Positions 1 to 10,234 are shown, numbered from the stretch's first letter. The stretch is 64,000 nt of DNA from an uncultured Rickettsiales bacterium (GCA_900546225.1 URBZ01000003.1:17857-81856); one strand, 5' to 3'. Made by a program: numbers and translations. Notes: generated by a model not told the origin, from the sequence alone.

Positions 1-1007
1 CAAACAAAACAACAGCCGGTCAGTTGGCCGAAAAATTCGGCTTGGAATTACGTGGTGATCCGAACACCGTCGTACGCGGTGTTGCACCAATCGCTGATGC
101 GCGTGCGGGCCAGTTGGCGTTCTATTCCACAGAACGCAACAGCGCGGCATTCAAAATATTACCGATTGAGGTATTAAAAAACACGCGCGCAACCGTTATT
201 CTGGTTCAGCCAGAACAGGCGGAATTTGCCCCTGCGGGTGCGACACTGTTGGTGACACCATCGCCACGTGGAAATATCGTAAAAATCTTGGGCGAGATTT
301 ATCGTGAAAAGCCACGATTTGGTATCAGCCGTGATGCCATTGTTGAACGCGGTGTGTTTTTCCGCAATCGGCGCAGCACGTATGTCGGGCAATTTGCAAC
401 GATTGAACGTGGCGCGGTCATTGAACCAGATGTGAAAATATACCCCTATGCATACATCGGGCGCAATGTTACAATTGGTCGCGGAACGATTGTCCAGACC
501 GGTGCACACATTGAAAATGCCACCATCGGGGCAGAATGCGTTATCAATTCTGGCGCGGTTATCGGCAAAGATGGATTTGGTTATACCCGTCAAAATGGGC
601 ATAACATTTTCATTCCGCACGTTGGGCGCGTTGTTCTGGGCGACCGCGTGTCGGTTGGTTCTAATACATGCATTGACCGTGGCGCAATGACAGACACTGT
701 CGTTGGCGACGGGACAAAGATTGATAATCTGTGCCAGATTGCACACGGTTGTGTAATTGGCAAGGAATGCTTTATCGCGGGTCAGACCGGTATGGCGGGC
801 GGTTGCGTAATTGGCGACCGCGCATTGTTGGCCGGTCAGGTTGGATTGGCAAACGGCGTTCATATCGGCAATGATGCAGAGGTTGGCGCACACAGTGGTG
901 TATTCCGCACGGTTGATGACGGCACACGGGCGATGGGCTATCCTGCGGTTCCGGGCATGGAATTTTTCCGTCAATATGCATGGTTAAAAAAACAGAGCAA
1001 AAGTTAA
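1..1007 (+). CDS. lpxD: UDP-3-O-acylglucosamine N-acyltransferase LpxD; 5' end probably outside the window
   Basis: ORF 24..1007 starts at TTG and its frame stays open back to nt 3. N-terminal LAEKFGLELRGD..VRGVAPI..GQLAF and long hexapeptide (left-handed beta-helix) repeats fit LpxD. It sits directly upstream of fabZ, as in the conserved lpxD-fabZ pair. Confidence 0.85.
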   Translation, partial: NKTTAGQLAEKFGLELRGDPNTVVRGVAPIADARAGQLAFYSTERNSAAFKILPIEVLKNTRATVILVQPEQAEFAPAGATLLVTPSPRGNIVKILGEIYREKPRFGISRDAIVERGVFFRNRRSTYVGQFATIERGAVIEPDVKIYPYAYIGRNVTIGRGTIVQTGAHIENATIGAECVINSGAVIGKDGFGYTRQNGHNIFIPHVGRVVLGDRVSVGSNTCIDRGAMTDTVVGDGTKIDNLCQIAHGCVIGKECFIAGQTGMAGGCVIGDRALLAGQVGLANGVHIGNDAEVGAHSGVFRTVDDGTRAMGYPAVPGMEFFRQYAWLKKQSKS

Positions 1008-1029
1008 ACTTTGTTGGGAGAGGAAAAAA

Positions 1030-1470
1030 ATGGTTATTGACGCCAAGGGTATAGAAAAGGTTATTCCGCATCGCGGTAACATGCGTATGATTGATGAAAT
1101 CCGCCAATATGATGAACACAGCGGCGTTGGCATTCACTATGTACGCGATGATGAATTTTGGTGTGCGGGGCATTTCCCAGGCAATCCAATTATGCCAGGG
1201 GTTTTACAGGTCGAAGCGTTGGCCCAAACCGCGTGCTTTATCGTTATGGCACGTCAAGGGTATAATGATGGGAAATCGGTTGGGTACTTTACAACAATGG
1301 AACGCATCAAGTTCACACATATGGTGCGCCCAGGCGACGTATTGGAATTGCACGTTGAATTATTGATGCAGAAAATGTCACTGCATAAATTCCACGGTAC
1401 GGCCTATGTTGATGGCGTACCGGTTGCCGATGCGACATTTACAGCAATCCTGCAACACAACGACAACTAA
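1030..1470 (+). CDS. fabZ: 3-hydroxyacyl-ACP dehydratase FabZ
   Basis: Motifs IPHRGNMRMIDEI and FWCAGHFPGNPIMPGVLQVEALAQ are hot-dog fold FabZ signatures. Size is 146 aa. Confidence 0.9.
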   Translation: MVIDAKGIEKVIPHRGNMRMIDEIRQYDEHSGVGIHYVRDDEFWCAGHFPGNPIMPGVLQVEALAQTACFIVMARQGYNDGKSVGYFTTMERIKFTHMVRPGDVLELHVELLMQKMSLHKFHGTAYVDGVPVADATFTAILQHNDN

Positions 1471-1476
1471 TAAAAA

Positions 1477-1505
1477 CAGGACACAAAATCGTGTCCTGTT
1501 TTTTT
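1477..1505. terminator. Bidirectional intrinsic terminator between fabZ and der
   Basis: Hairpin CAGGACAC-aaaatc-GTGTCCTG is flanked by an A-run upstream and a T-run downstream. Confidence 0.7.
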
Positions 1506-2853
1506 ATTTATCTTCGAATGGGTTTTCGTCCTTGTGATATTCAATCACCACCGGCAGGTGTTCCCACTTTAATTCTGTGGCAATCCCGCGGCGCAGGTAA
1601 CGTGTGTATGATTCTGGAATATCAGACGCACCACCAACATTGATTGTAATTTTCATCGGGTGGCGACCCGTTTGACGCGCAAATTTGATTTTCATCGGGC
1701 GTTTCAGACGCGACATAGGCGGCTGGCGCGTGGCGACTAATTTTTCAATAATACGATTTATCAAACTGGTTGGAACCTGGGACGACGAAATGTCCCACTG
1801 TTCATAAATTCTGCGGAACATATTCTGAACCCCCATACCGGTTTCCGCAGACACCGCCAAAATCATTGGTTTGATAATCTGGTGAAATGAATTTGCAAAT
1901 TGATGTTTCAATTTCAGCAATTTTTCATCACGAATTTCTGGTTCAACCAAATCCCATTTATTCAGGGCGACACATAAAATCTTGCCCGCGTCATATACGC
2001 GTGCGGCAATCCCCAGTGCCTGATTTTCAATATTGCGGGTGGCGTCCACCATCAGGATTACCACGTCCGCCTTGTCAATCGCGTCCAATGATTTCAATGC
2101 CGACAATGTTTCAACGTCATCGGTCACGCCCGCCTTGCGACGCAGGCCGGCGGTATCCATCAAAATAATATCGCGCCCATAAAAGCGTGTTGGTATTTTA
2201 ACCGTATCGCGTGTAATGCCGGGGGCATCGCGCACAATTTGACGCTTTTCACCCAAGACACGATTTACAAATGTTGATTTGCCAACGTTTGGTTGCCCCA
2301 AAATTGCAATCTTTAATTTTTCAGTGGCGGGTTTATCATCGGCCACCGCGGTGTCAGCGGCATCACGGGCGGCGGCAATTTTATCAACAAATTCATAAAT
2401 TGCATCAAAGCCCATTTTATGTTCCGCCGAAATCGCCGTTGGCGCGCCAAAGCCCAATTTATAGAAATCATTCACATCGGCCATACGACGTGATGATTCA
2501 CATTTATTTGCCAGCAACAATACCGGTGCGCGCGTTTTACGACGAACCAAGCGCGCCCAATCCAAATCCGCGCCTGTAATTCCCGTGCGACCATCAACGA
2601 CGAACAGTACCGCATCTGATGCCGCGATTGCGTCCAATGCCATATTTGTTGAATCCGCGGCGATGCCGGTCTTGGCATTTTCCAGACCCGCGGTATCTGT
2701 AATCTGGTATGTGCGGTCGCGCATAGTGCCCGTCAAACTGTCGCGGGTGACCCCCGGACGGTCATGAACCAGCGCATCACGTGTGCCGGTCAAACCGTTG
2801 AACAGTGTTGATTTGCCTGTGTTTGGGCGACCTGCGATAGTAATTTTAATCAT
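1504..2853 (-). CDS. der: Ribosome-associated GTPase Der/EngA
   Basis: Two tandem GTPase domains are present (GRPNTGKST.., GQPNVGKST.., DTAG twice, NKxD) plus a KH-like C-terminus. I place the start at MIKITIAGRPN (ATG 2853). Alternatives are 2865 (MEKV..) and the TTG at 2889 used by the ORF track. Confidence 0.9.
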   Translation of the reverse strand: MIKITIAGRPNTGKSTLFNGLTGTRDALVHDRPGVTRDSLTGTMRDRTYQITDTAGLENAKTGIAADSTNMALDAIAASDAVLFVVDGRTGITGADLDWARLVRRKTRAPVLLLANKCESSRRMADVNDFYKLGFGAPTAISAEHKMGFDAIYEFVDKIAAARDAADTAVADDKPATEKLKIAILGQPNVGKSTFVNRVLGEKRQIVRDAPGITRDTVKIPTRFYGRDIILMDTAGLRRKAGVTDDVETLSALKSLDAIDKADVVILMVDATRNIENQALGIAARVYDAGKILCVALNKWDLVEPEIRDEKLLKLKHQFANSFHQIIKPMILAVSAETGMGVQNMFRRIYEQWDISSSQVPTSLINRIIEKLVATRQPPMSRLKRPMKIKFARQTGRHPMKITINVGGASDIPESYTRYLRRGIATELKWEHLPVVIEYHKDENPFEDK

Positions 2854-2919
2854 AACTTTTTCCATTGATTTTTTATAATTATAAAGCAAAAATATAAATA
2901 ATCAAATCGGGGGTGAAAA

Positions 2920-3516
2920 ATGAAACAAAAACTTAAAAAATTCCTGACGCACCTGCGTGATATTGTTATAAAGCCAAAGCGTTATTTTACCAAAATTGTT
3001 GCCGACGGTAATATGGACGAATCCATGTTAAAGGCATTTATTTATGGCCTGATGGGTGGCATTTTGGTGCTGTGCCTGCGTCTGATTGGGGGCGCGACGG
3101 TGACATTGGGCGCGGTATTTACCGCCGTGGTGATTGTGCCCGTGCTGGCGGTGGCACTGCTGTTTGTGATGGGCGGTCTGATGATGCTGGTATCGGAAAT
3201 TACCGGTGGCGAACGCGATTGGGAAATCGCAATCAAGGGGCTGTCGTCGATATTCTTTATGTATCCGGTGATTTTGGTGTTGAACGCATTGGCGTTTAAT
3301 TGCACATCAATTTTGATTATCAGTTTGCTGATTGATTTGTATGTACTGTTCTTGTTCTATAATATCGCGTTGTATTGCATGCACGGGAAAAAAGCCAGTG
3401 TGATATTTGTTATTGCGGTGTTGGCAATGTTTTTGGCCACAGTGTACGCAACCGATTACCGTATCGGCTGGTTTATGTTAAAGAATGCCAGTGCAACATT
3501 GGCATGTGTAATGTAA
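2920..3516 (+). CDS. Yip1-like multi-pass membrane protein (hypothetical)
   Basis: The 198-aa protein has a short soluble N-terminus followed by about five hydrophobic helices. The layout resembles bacterial Yip1/DUF1282 proteins; no catalytic motif was seen. Confidence 0.45.
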   Translation: MKQKLKKFLTHLRDIVIKPKRYFTKIVADGNMDESMLKAFIYGLMGGILVLCLRLIGGATVTLGAVFTAVVIVPVLAVALLFVMGGLMMLVSEITGGERDWEIAIKGLSSIFFMYPVILVLNALAFNCTSILIISLLIDLYVLFLFYNIALYCMHGKKASVIFVIAVLAMFLATVYATDYRIGWFMLKNASATLACVM

Positions 3517-3563
3517 TAAATAAACAATATAAAAAACGCGCCATTGGCGCGTTTTTTATTTCT

Positions 3564-4304
3564 TTACCATGTGGGGGCATGGTCACCTTCTTTGACGATG
3601 GGTTGTTCATCTTCCCATACGGACAGGCCGGTATTCACATCGGTCAATGTCAGTTGCAGGTAATATTCCACACGCGTATCAACGTTCGAGAACCAACCCG
3701 ATTTCAGTTTCATATTACGCTGTAACATTTTACCCGACAGTGACAGATTTGGTGCAACCAATGTGCCCTTTTTTGCAATGGTGGACGCATCGTATTCATC
3801 GTTGCCACGGGTGGCGCGTACCTGATGCGTTGTTTCATCTTCGGCGGCGTTGCGTTCATATTCAACCGCCGCGACGCCACGGGCCTTGACCGATGCGGCA
3901 GACGCACCCAATGCATCAACTTGCGCGGTTTTCAATTCTGCGGTTACCGGCACATAGCCGATTTCTGTTTTCTTTTTATTTTGGAAGCCGGTTGTAACCT
4001 GTGCTGTGCCAGAATTTACCAATGTTGTACGAATCTTTTTGACCAAGATATCGGTATCAAAACGCTGCATTGTGTCGTTTTCAACATCCGCAATCGCGAT
4101 GACAGGATTTTTAACGCGGGCGAATGCACCACTGTCTATCATTGATTTGGTCATGCGTTCCGCAGCATTTGTCCAATCGCGATATTCCAATTCCATAACG
4201 TTTTGCATTGTTGCAACATCGCGCGCGTCATTCAAGTCGACAACGCGTGTTTCGCCACATGCGCACAGCGCGGCACACAACGCAACAGGCATCAGTTTTT
4301 TCAT
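3564..4304 (-). CDS. Envelope lipoprotein, LpoB/COG3417-like
   Basis: Lipobox LCAALCAC|G. The segments VIAIADVENDT..F and LSLSGKM...YYLQLTLTDVNTGLSVWEDE resemble the LpoB-type fold as I remember it. Confidence 0.5.
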   Translation of the reverse strand: MKKLMPVALCAALCACGETRVVDLNDARDVATMQNVMELEYRDWTNAAERMTKSMIDSGAFARVKNPVIAIADVENDTMQRFDTDILVKKIRTTLVNSGTAQVTTGFQNKKKTEIGYVPVTAELKTAQVDALGASAASVKARGVAAVEYERNAAEDETTHQVRATRGNDEYDASTIAKKGTLVAPNLSLSGKMLQRNMKLKSGWFSNVDTRVEYYLQLTLTDVNTGLSVWEDEQPIVKEGDHAPTW

Positions 4305-4324
4305 ACGTTTTCCTTTTGGTTTTG

Positions 4325-5587
4325 TTATTTTATCTTTATGGTTTTTACATCGGGCGTGCCACCTGTCAAACGAACATAGACCAGATAGTTCCCCGCCGAT
4401 GGAATTTCAGCTGTTACCACCAGATTACCACCGGATTTTATTTCTAGCAAGCCGGTTTTATCATTTGTCGTGCGCCACACCGATATCCGCTGGGGCAAAG
4501 TCGCCCAGGTGCGAACCTCTGCATTTGTGGTGGACAATGTGTACATTGTGGCCAGCAAACCCATCAGCGGTGCAGAATCACTGTCTGAATTGTATAATGC
4601 GGATTGTAATGCCGCCTTGGACACAGCAGACGCAAAGGCACGCAAGGCCTCGTTCACACGATACTGTGTATATTCTGTCATAAATAATGCGTCAACATCG
4701 GCAACAATTTCTGCGCCATCAACCATTGGCATTGGGGCGGCAAATAATGGTTCTGATACAGCCACAGATAATGTCGCAGGCCCTGTTGGAAATACAACAA
4801 AGGTATCCATTCTGTCTTCGCGTAATTTTGGGGCAAAGCCGTCTTCGACAAATACCCAGACGGTGTTTTTTGGGGTGGTGCGGGCATTGGCGGCACGCAA
4901 GTCCGATTTTACATATTTATTGTTGCCCGCCATACCATCTGCGCGCCGCAGATATATTTTTGCATTTGCATAATCGCCCACATTCAAAAAATACAGCCCC
5001 GACAAATACATCAATGCAGGATTCATAATATCGCGAAACGCACGCCACTGCGAATTTTCAGAATCCAGTCGTTCTGCCAAATCTGTATTATCAGCGCGTT
5101 CTGATTGAATTTGTTGCACCAACGCGTCGTATTCACGCGACATGTCCTGTTGGCGGGCATATGATTGATTTATAATCACGCGCGCATCATCGTGATTCCC
5201 CAGTGCCAGCGCATTCCACAACTGGTAATATGACACAAACAGTGCGTCCGACATATACGGACGATAATCGTTCGCCAGATTACCGGCCAACAGTGCGCCA
5301 ACCTCGCGTCCTAAATCGCCAGAGGTCAAATCAATGTTACGATGATTAAATTCTTCGTATGCGGCGTCTGATGCGGCAAATTCATTTGCATGAAACAAAC
5401 TGTCTGCGGTAATCAATAATTCCAAATTATTCTGGGATTCTGGGGCATTTCCTGATGAAAACTCGGTTGCTGTTGCAACATAGTTACCGTCAACGTAACC
5501 GGCGCGTACCGCGTCCAGTTGTGATTCCATCGTAGCCGCACATGCGCACAATAAAAATGACAAAGATAATACAATTATTCGGCGCAT
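4325..5587 (-). CDS. Envelope lipoprotein, COG3014-like (hypothetical)
   Basis: Lipobox SFLLCAC|A. It has a helical TPR-like N-terminal half and a beta-rich C-terminal half. It lies 20 nt upstream of the LpoB-like gene; I recall COG3014/COG3417 lipoprotein pairs occurring together in other bacteria. Confidence 0.4.
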   Translation of the reverse strand: MRRIIVLSLSFLLCACAATMESQLDAVRAGYVDGNYVATATEFSSGNAPESQNNLELLITADSLFHANEFAASDAAYEEFNHRNIDLTSGDLGREVGALLAGNLANDYRPYMSDALFVSYYQLWNALALGNHDDARVIINQSYARQQDMSREYDALVQQIQSERADNTDLAERLDSENSQWRAFRDIMNPALMYLSGLYFLNVGDYANAKIYLRRADGMAGNNKYVKSDLRAANARTTPKNTVWVFVEDGFAPKLREDRMDTFVVFPTGPATLSVAVSEPLFAAPMPMVDGAEIVADVDALFMTEYTQYRVNEALRAFASAVSKAALQSALYNSDSDSAPLMGLLATMYTLSTTNAEVRTWATLPQRISVWRTTNDKTGLLEIKSGGNLVVTAEIPSAGNYLVYVRLTGGTPDVKTIKIK

Positions 5588-5599
5588 ACGGCTGACCGT

Positions 5600-7786
5600 T
5601 TATAATGTTTTGGTTTCGCCCGTCATTGGGTCATAAAACCGCGGCGCACCGGCATAGCCCAATGCCGCATGGTGCGATGGAACCAAAAATTCAGGCAGCG
5701 GACTGGACGCGCCCATTTTCATAAACCCAGACAGGCGCGGGTCTTTCCATGCAGGTTGCTTGTCGGCCTCAATCGGGCGATGATACCACCCTTGGAATAT
5801 CACCAGTTGTTTATTATCAGCCAAACGCATGATGTCCATTGGTGTGTACAGTAATTCTTCGCTGGTGGATTCTTTGCCGTCTTTGTCGGTCTTGATTTTC
5901 ATCTTGTAACCCATCATGTCCGAAAAACGTTTGGCGGTGTCGGGGTCGTTTTGACGTAACACAACCTTGGCCGCGGTGGTGGAAATGATGGTGGCGGCGG
6001 CATCTGCGCCGTACTTTTCCTGAATCTGGTGCAAGTCCTGACCGATAATCAGGTATGACACCTGTTGACCACGACCCAAATCCGGCCCTTGGATAACGGC
6101 GTCCAGTTTTTGCATTTTTGGCATTTCGTCCAATACGAACAGTACCGGATACGGGCCCAGTTCGCGGCCATCACGCACCTGCTTTGGTGCGTTTGCCAGC
6201 AAGAAATTCGTCATCAATTCAATAAAGATTGCCGTAATTGGATTCAATGCCTGTGCATCGACCATATTGATGGACAAATACACCGTCACAGGTTTAATTT
6301 TGCCATCACGCGGGTCAACCAGACCACGCAAGTCCGAAAAATGAAAGTCAGAATGGCTGGTACGGTTACGAACCGCCGAATTACGGAATATCGACAACCC
6401 CGCCAGAATTGTGGACAAGATAGATCCACGTTCCTTGTCCGGTGTGTTTGCCAACTGGGTCAATTCCAAAACACTGCGGTGGGCGTAGGAATAGTGTCTG
6501 GCCTCGTCCACGGCGGCCATAAACAGGTCGTGCATAGGATCTGCCATCATAACCATTTGGTCGCCACCGCGACGGCGTTCTTCTAAGTCCGCGGCCATTG
6601 CGATTTGCGATGCGTTCAGCCAATCCAGAATCATGGAAAAAGATGCCTCGCGCCCAATCCATGCAGGGGGAATATTTTCCCACGTGCCGACATGTACATA
6701 GTTCATTGCGTTTAATTCACCACGCTGTAATGCCGCCTGTGCCGCATACGCATTGGTATCATTCATCATCGACAGGTAATAATCCGACAGCACCGCCGCA
6801 TCATCGGCATCAAACGTACCCGACGTCAGGCGCGCATAGAAATAATCGTCGGCCTTGGCACGTTCAACCTTGGACACGATAAAGTGCACCAGACCAGCCA
6901 GACCGGCACGACCGGTGTTACTCCAATGCGGGTCTTGGGTGTTTTCTTGAATCAAAACCTTGCACATAGAATCAACATACAGGTCGCGTTGTTCCATGTT
7001 TGCCGGCACGTGATCCGGTGACAATGGGTTCCACGATGGGTAATATACGCCACGCGCGGGATCGTCCTGACCCGCCCAGTTCATAATGAATACCGGTCCA
7101 ATCGTCGAACGATAACCCGACGATTTCTGGTACAATTCGGGTTTCGGGTCGTTGATAATCATAGACACGTTATTACATTCAAAAATTGTTGGGAAAACCA
7201 CCCCTTGGGTTTTACCGGTTCCCGGGGGCGCGACGCACAATGCCGACAGACATTCGTTCATCATCAATGGTTTTTTCTTGAAATATCCCAAAACCATCAT
7301 GAACCCGCCCAGCAGGCCCATTTTCTCGATATCTTCCTTGGACGCCTTGTTTGACGATTTTTCGGCAAACTTGTCCTTGCCATATGGGTTAAATTCGTCA
7401 ACCAATGTGTTGTCCGCCATCAGGTAATATGCGATTATCGGCAACAGTGGCGTAATGCACATAATATCTGTACGCATCAGCGACCGTGACAGCCACGCAG
7501 GAATTTCAGCGATTGCAGACATACCACCACTGGTAAACAAATTCGTCAAATAGACACGTGTCCACGTTGCCGACGCGGGCGACCACCCATACCGCCAAAT
7601 ATGCTCAATAACAAAGGACAAACTGAACGCCGCCGCACAGACCAACCAAATACCAACCGCCCAGCGCAGCGACCAGAATATCTGCGCCATGGGGGTACGC
7701 TGGTGTTCATTGTACGCACTGGACTTGAATATATTCAGCCCCTTGGACGAACCACCAGCCGATAAAATCTTGAACTTAGCAACCAT
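5600..7786 (-). CDS. Type IV secretion coupling protein-like ATPase (VirD4/TraG family)
   Basis: N-terminal TM helices are followed by Walker A CVAPPGTGKTQGVVFPT, Walker B-like VLFVLDEMPKMQKL, and IIGQDLHQIQEKYG..VVLRQNDPDTAKRFSDMMG. These match the VirD4/TraG signature order. Confidence 0.7.
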   Translation of the reverse strand: MVAKFKILSAGGSSKGLNIFKSSAYNEHQRTPMAQIFWSLRWAVGIWLVCAAAFSLSFVIEHIWRYGWSPASATWTRVYLTNLFTSGGMSAIAEIPAWLSRSLMRTDIMCITPLLPIIAYYLMADNTLVDEFNPYGKDKFAEKSSNKASKEDIEKMGLLGGFMMVLGYFKKKPLMMNECLSALCVAPPGTGKTQGVVFPTIFECNNVSMIINDPKPELYQKSSGYRSTIGPVFIMNWAGQDDPARGVYYPSWNPLSPDHVPANMEQRDLYVDSMCKVLIQENTQDPHWSNTGRAGLAGLVHFIVSKVERAKADDYFYARLTSGTFDADDAAVLSDYYLSMMNDTNAYAAQAALQRGELNAMNYVHVGTWENIPPAWIGREASFSMILDWLNASQIAMAADLEERRRGGDQMVMMADPMHDLFMAAVDEARHYSYAHRSVLELTQLANTPDKERGSILSTILAGLSIFRNSAVRNRTSHSDFHFSDLRGLVDPRDGKIKPVTVYLSINMVDAQALNPITAIFIELMTNFLLANAPKQVRDGRELGPYPVLFVLDEMPKMQKLDAVIQGPDLGRGQQVSYLIIGQDLHQIQEKYGADAAATIISTTAAKVVLRQNDPDTAKRFSDMMGYKMKIKTDKDGKESTSEELLYTPMDIMRLADNKQLVIFQGWYHRPIEADKQPAWKDPRLSGFMKMGASSPLPEFLVPSHHAALGYAGAPRFYDPMTGETKTL

Positions 7787-7841
7787 TGTGTTATGATTGT
7801 ATCATATTTTTAACCGATTATAAATCAGGAATTGCGGGGAA

Positions 7842-8495
7842 ATGAAAAATATTCCACGAATCTTTGTCGGAAATGATGTTGCAACGGGGGCGCGCGTACC
7901 TGCGACGGCGGACGTGGCACATTACCTGATGCGCGTAATGCGTCGCCACGATTGCATTGTGTTTGGTGGCGGGCGCGAATTTATGGCAACCCTGTCGGAT
8001 GATGGCAAATCCTTGGCCGTTGGCGCGCAAACATCACACGATGACCCATCGGGTAATGTCGTGTTATATTTTGCCCCGATAAAGCGTGTGGACGATTTAA
8101 TCAATATGGCAACCCAGATGGGTGTTGCGGCGTTTCAGCCGGTTATCACCGAACGCACAACCGCACACCATACAAACTGGAATCGTATGGAAAAGATTGC
8201 GACCGAGGCCGCCGAGCAATCTAACCGCAACAGCGTGCCTGTAATTTTACCAGAAATAAAATTTTCAGATTTGGATTTATCGCATATGGTATTTGCCGAT
8301 GAACGTGCGGCATATGGCAAACAAATCCCAGCGGCGGCAAAAACAGATAAAATCTTGGTCGGGCCCGAAGGGGGATTTTCAGACGCTGAATTTGCGGCGT
8401 TGGACGCGGCGGGTGCGATTGGTATATCGCTGGGCAAAACAATTCTGCGCGCCGAATTGGCGGCGGCAATCGCGGTGGGGCGCATAACTGAATGA
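7842..8495 (+). CDS. rsmE: 16S rRNA m3U1498 methyltransferase RsmE
   Basis: N-terminal PRIFVG.. and C-terminal VGPEGGFSDAEF..LG..ILR.E are RsmE SPOUT-family motifs. Confidence 0.85.
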   Translation: MKNIPRIFVGNDVATGARVPATADVAHYLMRVMRRHDCIVFGGGREFMATLSDDGKSLAVGAQTSHDDPSGNVVLYFAPIKRVDDLINMATQMGVAAFQPVITERTTAHHTNWNRMEKIATEAAEQSNRNSVPVILPEIKFSDLDLSHMVFADERAAYGKQIPAAAKTDKILVGPEGGFSDAEFAALDAAGAIGISLGKTILRAELAAAIAVGRITE

Positions 8496-9190
8496 CGGTT
8501 CGCATTGCAAAATTTATCGCAGACACCGGTGCGGCATCACGCCGCACAGCCGAAGATTTAATTGCATCGCGGCGCGTTACGGTAAATGGCACTGTTATTG
8601 ACAGTCCTGTATTCTTTGTATCCGATAATGACGTCGTTGCGATTGATGGGACACCGATTTCTGCGCGCACCGAAACAAAACTGTACGCGTTTCACAAACC
8701 ACTGAACGCCATGACAACCACGCACGACCCACGCGGGCGCAAAACTATATATGACGTGTTGCCAGACGAATACAAAAATTTGAAATATGTCGGGCGTTTG
8801 GATTACAAGACAACAGGTTTGTTATTGATGACCAATGATGGCGCGCTGGCACGAAAACTGACATTGCCGTCGTCGCATATTCCACGCACGTATTTGGCAA
8901 CGGTGAATACAAATGACTTTTCAGGATTAGATGCGGCGCGACGTGGCATGACCGTTGATGGCGTGTCGTATCGGCCGATGCAAATTGACGTTTTGAAAAA
9001 CGGCGAACTGCGCGTCACCGTGACCGAAGGGAAAAAGAACGAAGTGCGCATTGTACTGCGGGCGTGTGGCGCGCCGGTGCGCAAATTGCACCGCATATCA
9101 TTTGGCAATATTGAATTGGGTAAATTACCCGTTGGTAAAATTCACATTATTCCACAGAAAACAATTGACGCGTTGTTAAATTCTTTCTAA
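8492..9190 (+). CDS. Pseudouridine synthase, RsuA/RluB family
   Basis: An S4 domain (RIAKFIADTGAASRRTAEDLI..RVTVNG) is followed by the catalytic GRLDYKTTGLLLMTNDG motif. Confidence 0.8.
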   Translation: MTVRIAKFIADTGAASRRTAEDLIASRRVTVNGTVIDSPVFFVSDNDVVAIDGTPISARTETKLYAFHKPLNAMTTTHDPRGRKTIYDVLPDEYKNLKYVGRLDYKTTGLLLMTNDGALARKLTLPSSHIPRTYLATVNTNDFSGLDAARRGMTVDGVSYRPMQIDVLKNGELRVTVTEGKKNEVRIVLRACGAPVRKLHRISFGNIELGKLPVGKIHIIPQKTIDALLNSF

Positions 9191-9223
9191 TATTCTGATT
9201 GAAACAGGAAGGGAGATTTTACA

Positions 9224-10231
9224 ATGAAAAAACAATCCGCACCCAAGAGCACGAAATCACGCGCCACGACCACACGTCGCGCAAACAATGCACCTATCAA
9301 GGTTACGCCCATTGTGCAGAATCAAAAGGCGTGCTTTAATCCTTGGTCGCTGTCTATTTATATTTACTGGTTTATCATTTTGTTCTTTATTGCTGCAACG
9401 TTCTATATTCTGGGACGCAGCCACGATGTCCTGAACGCACCAAAAACAAATGTTGAAATCACCGAAGAAGCATTGATGCAGGCATCTGATTACTATGAAC
9501 AGGGTAAAACGAAATTGCTGGCGGGTGATATTGACGCCGCAATCGCGGATTTGACCACAGCCATTGATGCGGGCAATGCATCGGTTGATACATATATCTT
9601 GCGTGGCGAAGCGTACATGCAGACCGGCAACTATCGCAATGCGTTGGACGATTTCAACGCCGCGGTTGATGCAGATTCTGTGAACGCGGTTGCGTATTAT
9701 GACCGTGCGTTGCTGAATGCCCGTTTGGAAGATTACAATGCTGCATTGAACGATATCAACAATGCATTGGCGGCACAAACCGCACAACCGAACAAGATTC
9801 TGTCTATGCGTGATTTGTATGCAAAACGCGGCCAGTTGAATTTGTGGTTAAAGAATTGGCAGGGTGCGATTGCCGATTATACAAATTCGTTGTCACATGA
9901 ATCTGGGGCGGTCAGCCCAACCGTATACGCCGACCGTGCCGAGGCATACACAGCAATCGGCGATTATGCCAGCGCAATCGCAGATTACACATCGGCCGTG
10001 CGCGTGATTTCTGAACAGATTCAGGGTGTAACCACCGCCGAAGAACGCGAAGCGTTGTCCAGCCGTGCAATGTCGTACTTTGAAAAGTCCGCGGCACTGA
10101 ACCTGCAAAATGGTGATGTGAATGCAGCGCGCAGCGACTTAAATTCTGCGAATACAATCGCCGCCGCGTTGAATGACACGGCAACGATGGAACGGTTGGG
10201 TCAGTTACTGGCCGAATTGCCACAGGAATAA
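9224..10231 (+). CDS. Membrane-anchored TPR-repeat protein
   Basis: A basic N-terminus and one TM helix are followed by repeated A..Y..RG.AY...G.Y..A..D...A TPR-like units. Confidence 0.6.
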   Translation: MKKQSAPKSTKSRATTTRRANNAPIKVTPIVQNQKACFNPWSLSIYIYWFIILFFIAATFYILGRSHDVLNAPKTNVEITEEALMQASDYYEQGKTKLLAGDIDAAIADLTTAIDAGNASVDTYILRGEAYMQTGNYRNALDDFNAAVDADSVNAVAYYDRALLNARLEDYNAALNDINNALAAQTAQPNKILSMRDLYAKRGQLNLWLKNWQGAIADYTNSLSHESGAVSPTVYADRAEAYTAIGDYASAIADYTSAVRVISEQIQGVTTAEEREALSSRAMSYFEKSAALNLQNGDVNAARSDLNSANTIAAALNDTATMERLGQLLAELPQE

Positions 10232-10234
10232 AAA

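Noticed and set aside
174-974. Long antisense ORFs opposite well-supported genes. Examples are 174..974 opposite lpxD, 12488..13228 opposite the yfgM-like gene, 16227..17252 opposite infB/nusA, 37244..37870, 41368..42153 opposite mreB, and 44272..45063 opposite accC.
   Set aside because: Each lies fully inside a gene with strong family motifs on the other strand. Their translations are low-complexity, Cys/Arg/His-rich and have no recognisable motifs. This is the typical shadow-ORF artefact.
5600-7786. An integrative/conjugative element or prophage around the VirD4-like gene.
   Set aside because: There is no relaxase, integrase, VirB/Trb gene, flanking direct repeat or adjacent tRNA. The composition looks like the surrounding chromosome by eye.
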